From Kudoa neothunni (lineage: Eukaryota; Animalia; Cnidaria), in the NCBI GenBank assembly GCA_964304625.1, contig OZ199838.1:12269570-12281642 (forward strand): DNA of 12,073 bases, in the 5' to 3' direction. Made by a program: the position numbers and the translations under genes. Under the pieces are notes generated by a model, which was given only the letters and a program-made list of their open reading frames with translations, searched no databases and had not been told where the DNA came from. Positions 9,484 to 12,073 of the stretch are shown one piece after another (position 1 is the stretch's first letter; each line of letters begins with the position of its first letter).

Positions 9484-10533
9484 TTCTAAGGGAAAATTTT
9501 GTTAAAATTATTAATTATGTTTATTTCACTGACATTTAACTTGGTAATACTGTTTTATGTCGCGCGCGTTAGTTTTTTAAATAAACCTCGATTTTAATCG
9601 TCGGATTTTTTTAAAAATAGTCGTCGAAAATTACGGCCTCTAATTATAATACTAATTTAAATTTCGAATTTTTAGTGAAATGTAATAGACAATTATTTTG
9701 AACATCGCGCGAAAAATGACTCAATTGGTTCAGGATTTAATTGCTCCACCTATTTTATTACATAAAAATGTAACTCCATTTTCTAATAACGTATTCTGAA
9801 GTTGTTAAATTAATAAATCGATTAATTTATGGTTTAAGTGAGAATAAACCATTAAACCCCTTAATGACTTTAATGAGAAAATAGATTCCACATCAGTGAA
9901 AATCAATTTTTTATCCGATTCATTCTAGGTGGTATTTATTACTATGAAGCATATTCAATCCTTAAAATTTTATGAACCAATTTCAGTTGAATCAAATATG
10001 GACCACAGTGAATGTATATAAAATACACATATGCGCTAGTTTTGTTCTCTGTGTACCTGGGACATCTTAGCGTCTAATTGTCAAAATTTAGCCTCTTAAT
10101 TAAAATTGATAACCAAATTCAAAAATCCCCCGAGGATTTTTGTGCAAATAAGCATAAATAGTGATATAATCGTTTTCGCGCGCATGCATTTGGAAATTTT
10201 TTGTTTAACCTCTTGAATAAATTCTGAAAATGGTTATTTTCATCTTAAATAATATTCGGATGTCATTAGTTTTGATCGTATTTAATTATTTTTACATCAT
10301 CACTTACGTAGTAGATGTCTGAAATAATTAAATATAATCAGATTCTAGAAAACTAAATCTGTATACAGCTTGTGCGCAATCGGTGGTGCCAATCACAAAT
10401 GATTGCTGGCACATGCGCACATATCGTTTAGGATTAATATTTAACGCGCCAATAGCCTCTGTGTAAAATTAGTCACTCATCTAAAAATGCGCAAGCGCAA
10501 ACAAAAAACCCCCTTCAAATGTAAAAATTTAAT

Positions 10534-12073
10534 CTAGGAAAAAGTGGTTTTGATCGGAAAATAAATGTAGGGTTTTATCTCGTGTTGAGACCCCATAATT
10601 TTTTCGAGATCATGAGTATTCTCTCGCTATAAATTTTCGTTTAGTATTTAATAAAAGCCGAACAAATTGAAATTACTTCTCGTAGTTCATTAATAAAATG
10701 ACTGCCATTGTCTTTTTTGTCCGCACCAGAACTGCCGGTAATGAGTCGATTGTAGTGTTCGTCAACAATTTCTTTCAAACGCTTATTATTTTTCCCCTCA
10801 GTCTAAAAGTTCAAATCGATATATCACTATACACAAGACCAATATCACTCACCTTTATAACGACACAGTTGAACTCGACTGGAAGACCATATCGAAGAAC
10901 AGACTCCACGAAAACTCTCACTGCTTTAAGATGAATCCAAGCAAGAAAGGTTTCACTGAAATTAACTTTCAGCCATTTGATGAGGATTCCCTGCAAAAAA
11001 TTCAACAGTAATAGATTTTATGATTTATATTTTGCCAACTTGGGTTTTATCTTTTTCGGCTAGAAGTTTAGCGTACTCCTTTTCTGTTCGTTGACCACAA
11101 CTTCATCATATTCGAAATCTCTTACTATAAATCTACATGAATTGACATTAAGTATGACTATTTTGTTCCCAAGACAGAAGACAATAAAAATTATACTTGA
11201 ATTGTTTAGAATTTTCTTTAAAGTCAGCCAAATCCTTTCTAAACATTGTAACATTGACCAGACAGTTTTCGTTATCTTCATAAATTATCCTATAAAGTGA
11301 CACAAGCGAAAACAGTTTGTTGGCGATCAAAAGCGGAAGAAATACTTTGAAGATTTTGGAACAACCATTTCACAAAGAGTGTTATAATTTGACCACCACA
11401 CATCAACATCACTTCTGGAAGAGATATAGCAATTAGTTAACAAAACATTCACTTTGATAGATACTTTTTAACGACAACAAGAACAGTAACCAAATATTCA
11501 GAATTCAGGACAAAATCGTCTTTACTCACCAAATCATGCAGGGCACGATTAATCAGCGATCCACTAAATCATTTAAAAGATAAATGAAATACAGAAAATT
11601 TGAAATAATTGAAAACCTTATTTTTCGTTCTTCGAGCGCCAGCATATTTTTAACATTAAAAAAATGAGCAGTTTTTGATTTTTGGTCCTTCTCAATTTGT
11701 ACAACATGCTAAAATAGCATCACTTATTAAGTAATTGATTATGATGACGATAATTAGTTCACCTTAACTATTACATCCACCAAAGTTCGAAGCGGCTGTT
11801 TGATTTGATATCTCGCCAAATCCCAATGGAACCCTTTTACATAATCATCCATTCGACCTTTTAAAACATATTAACTGATTATCATTACATATAAATGAAT
11901 GAATAGATGGTACCATCTACGGACGGATCTATGACCAAGGTTTCGAGAATTTTGTCCTAACCAAAAACCAATCAAGCAAAAACTCCAATCACAATTTATC
12001 ACGATAAAAAAATCATCAAATTTTATCAATAATTATCCAAATGAAACATACTAATCTGTTTTCCATCATTTCG
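10534..12073 (-). CDS. ATP6V1C: V-type proton ATPase subunit C (3' part; 5' end is outside the window), with a 1-nt frame break near 11080
   Basis: Exons: >12073-12052, 11956-11914, 11857-11763, 11708-11617, 11563-11465, 11414-11346, 11289-11197, 11132-11040, 10990-10853, 10802-10677, 10626-10534 (TAG). All introns are GT-AG, 49-95 nt. Hallmark peptides: [96 protein letters not shown]. Confidence 0.95.

Larger units (their letters stand above)
6715..9642 (+). mobile_element. Non-autonomous/decayed hAT DNA transposon (Ac-like), outer element
   Basis: The left TIR TAAAGGCCGTAATTTTCGA (6715-6733) matches the reverse complement of 9624-9642 (TAGAGGCCGTAATTTTCGA) at 18/19. The 8-bp flanks ATTATCAT (6707-6714) and ATTATAAT (9643-9650) match at 7/8 and fit the nTnnnnAn Ac-type TSD. 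CGA-rich subterminal sequence occurs at both ends, and a hAT transposase remnant lies inside. Confidence 0.8.

Noticed and set aside
6714-9643. Kolobok interpretation (TTAA|AGG...CCT|CTAA)
   Set aside because: The 8-bp TSD and the internal hAT dimerisation domain fit hAT better.
10698-11300. Plus-strand ORFs 10698-10934 and 11091-11300
   Set aside because: Antisense to well-supported V-ATPase C exons.
3191-12073. Stop-codon reassignment (ciliate-like code) to explain the short ORFs
   Set aside because: In-frame stops fall within introns. The spliced exons are open in the standard code, and V-ATPase C ends at a normal TAG.

Overview
This is AT-rich eukaryotic DNA with dense, short spliceosomal introns (mostly 38-68 nt). 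It is probably from a compact, fast-evolving animal genome, possibly a myxozoan-like parasite (inference only). The supplied ORF track shows only exon fragments, so I assembled the gene models by hand. (1) The 5' part of a divergent HID1-like gene lies on the minus strand (<1..892). (2) A 19-exon RSK/p90-type two-domain kinase gene lies on the plus strand (3191..~6172). Both of its kinase domains have lost their catalytic motifs while the spliced frame stays open, and it contains two consecutive GC-AG introns. (3) A nested transposon stack occupies 6715..9642: an Ac-type hAT element contains a Buster/Charlie-type hAT element, which contains a decayed piggyBac-like transposase. (4) The 3' part of V-ATPase subunit C lies on the minus strand (10534..>12073) and has a one-base frame break. 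The most interesting candidates are the double-pseudokinase RSK and the degenerate 5' splice-site grammar (only 4 of 32 modelled donors have +5G).
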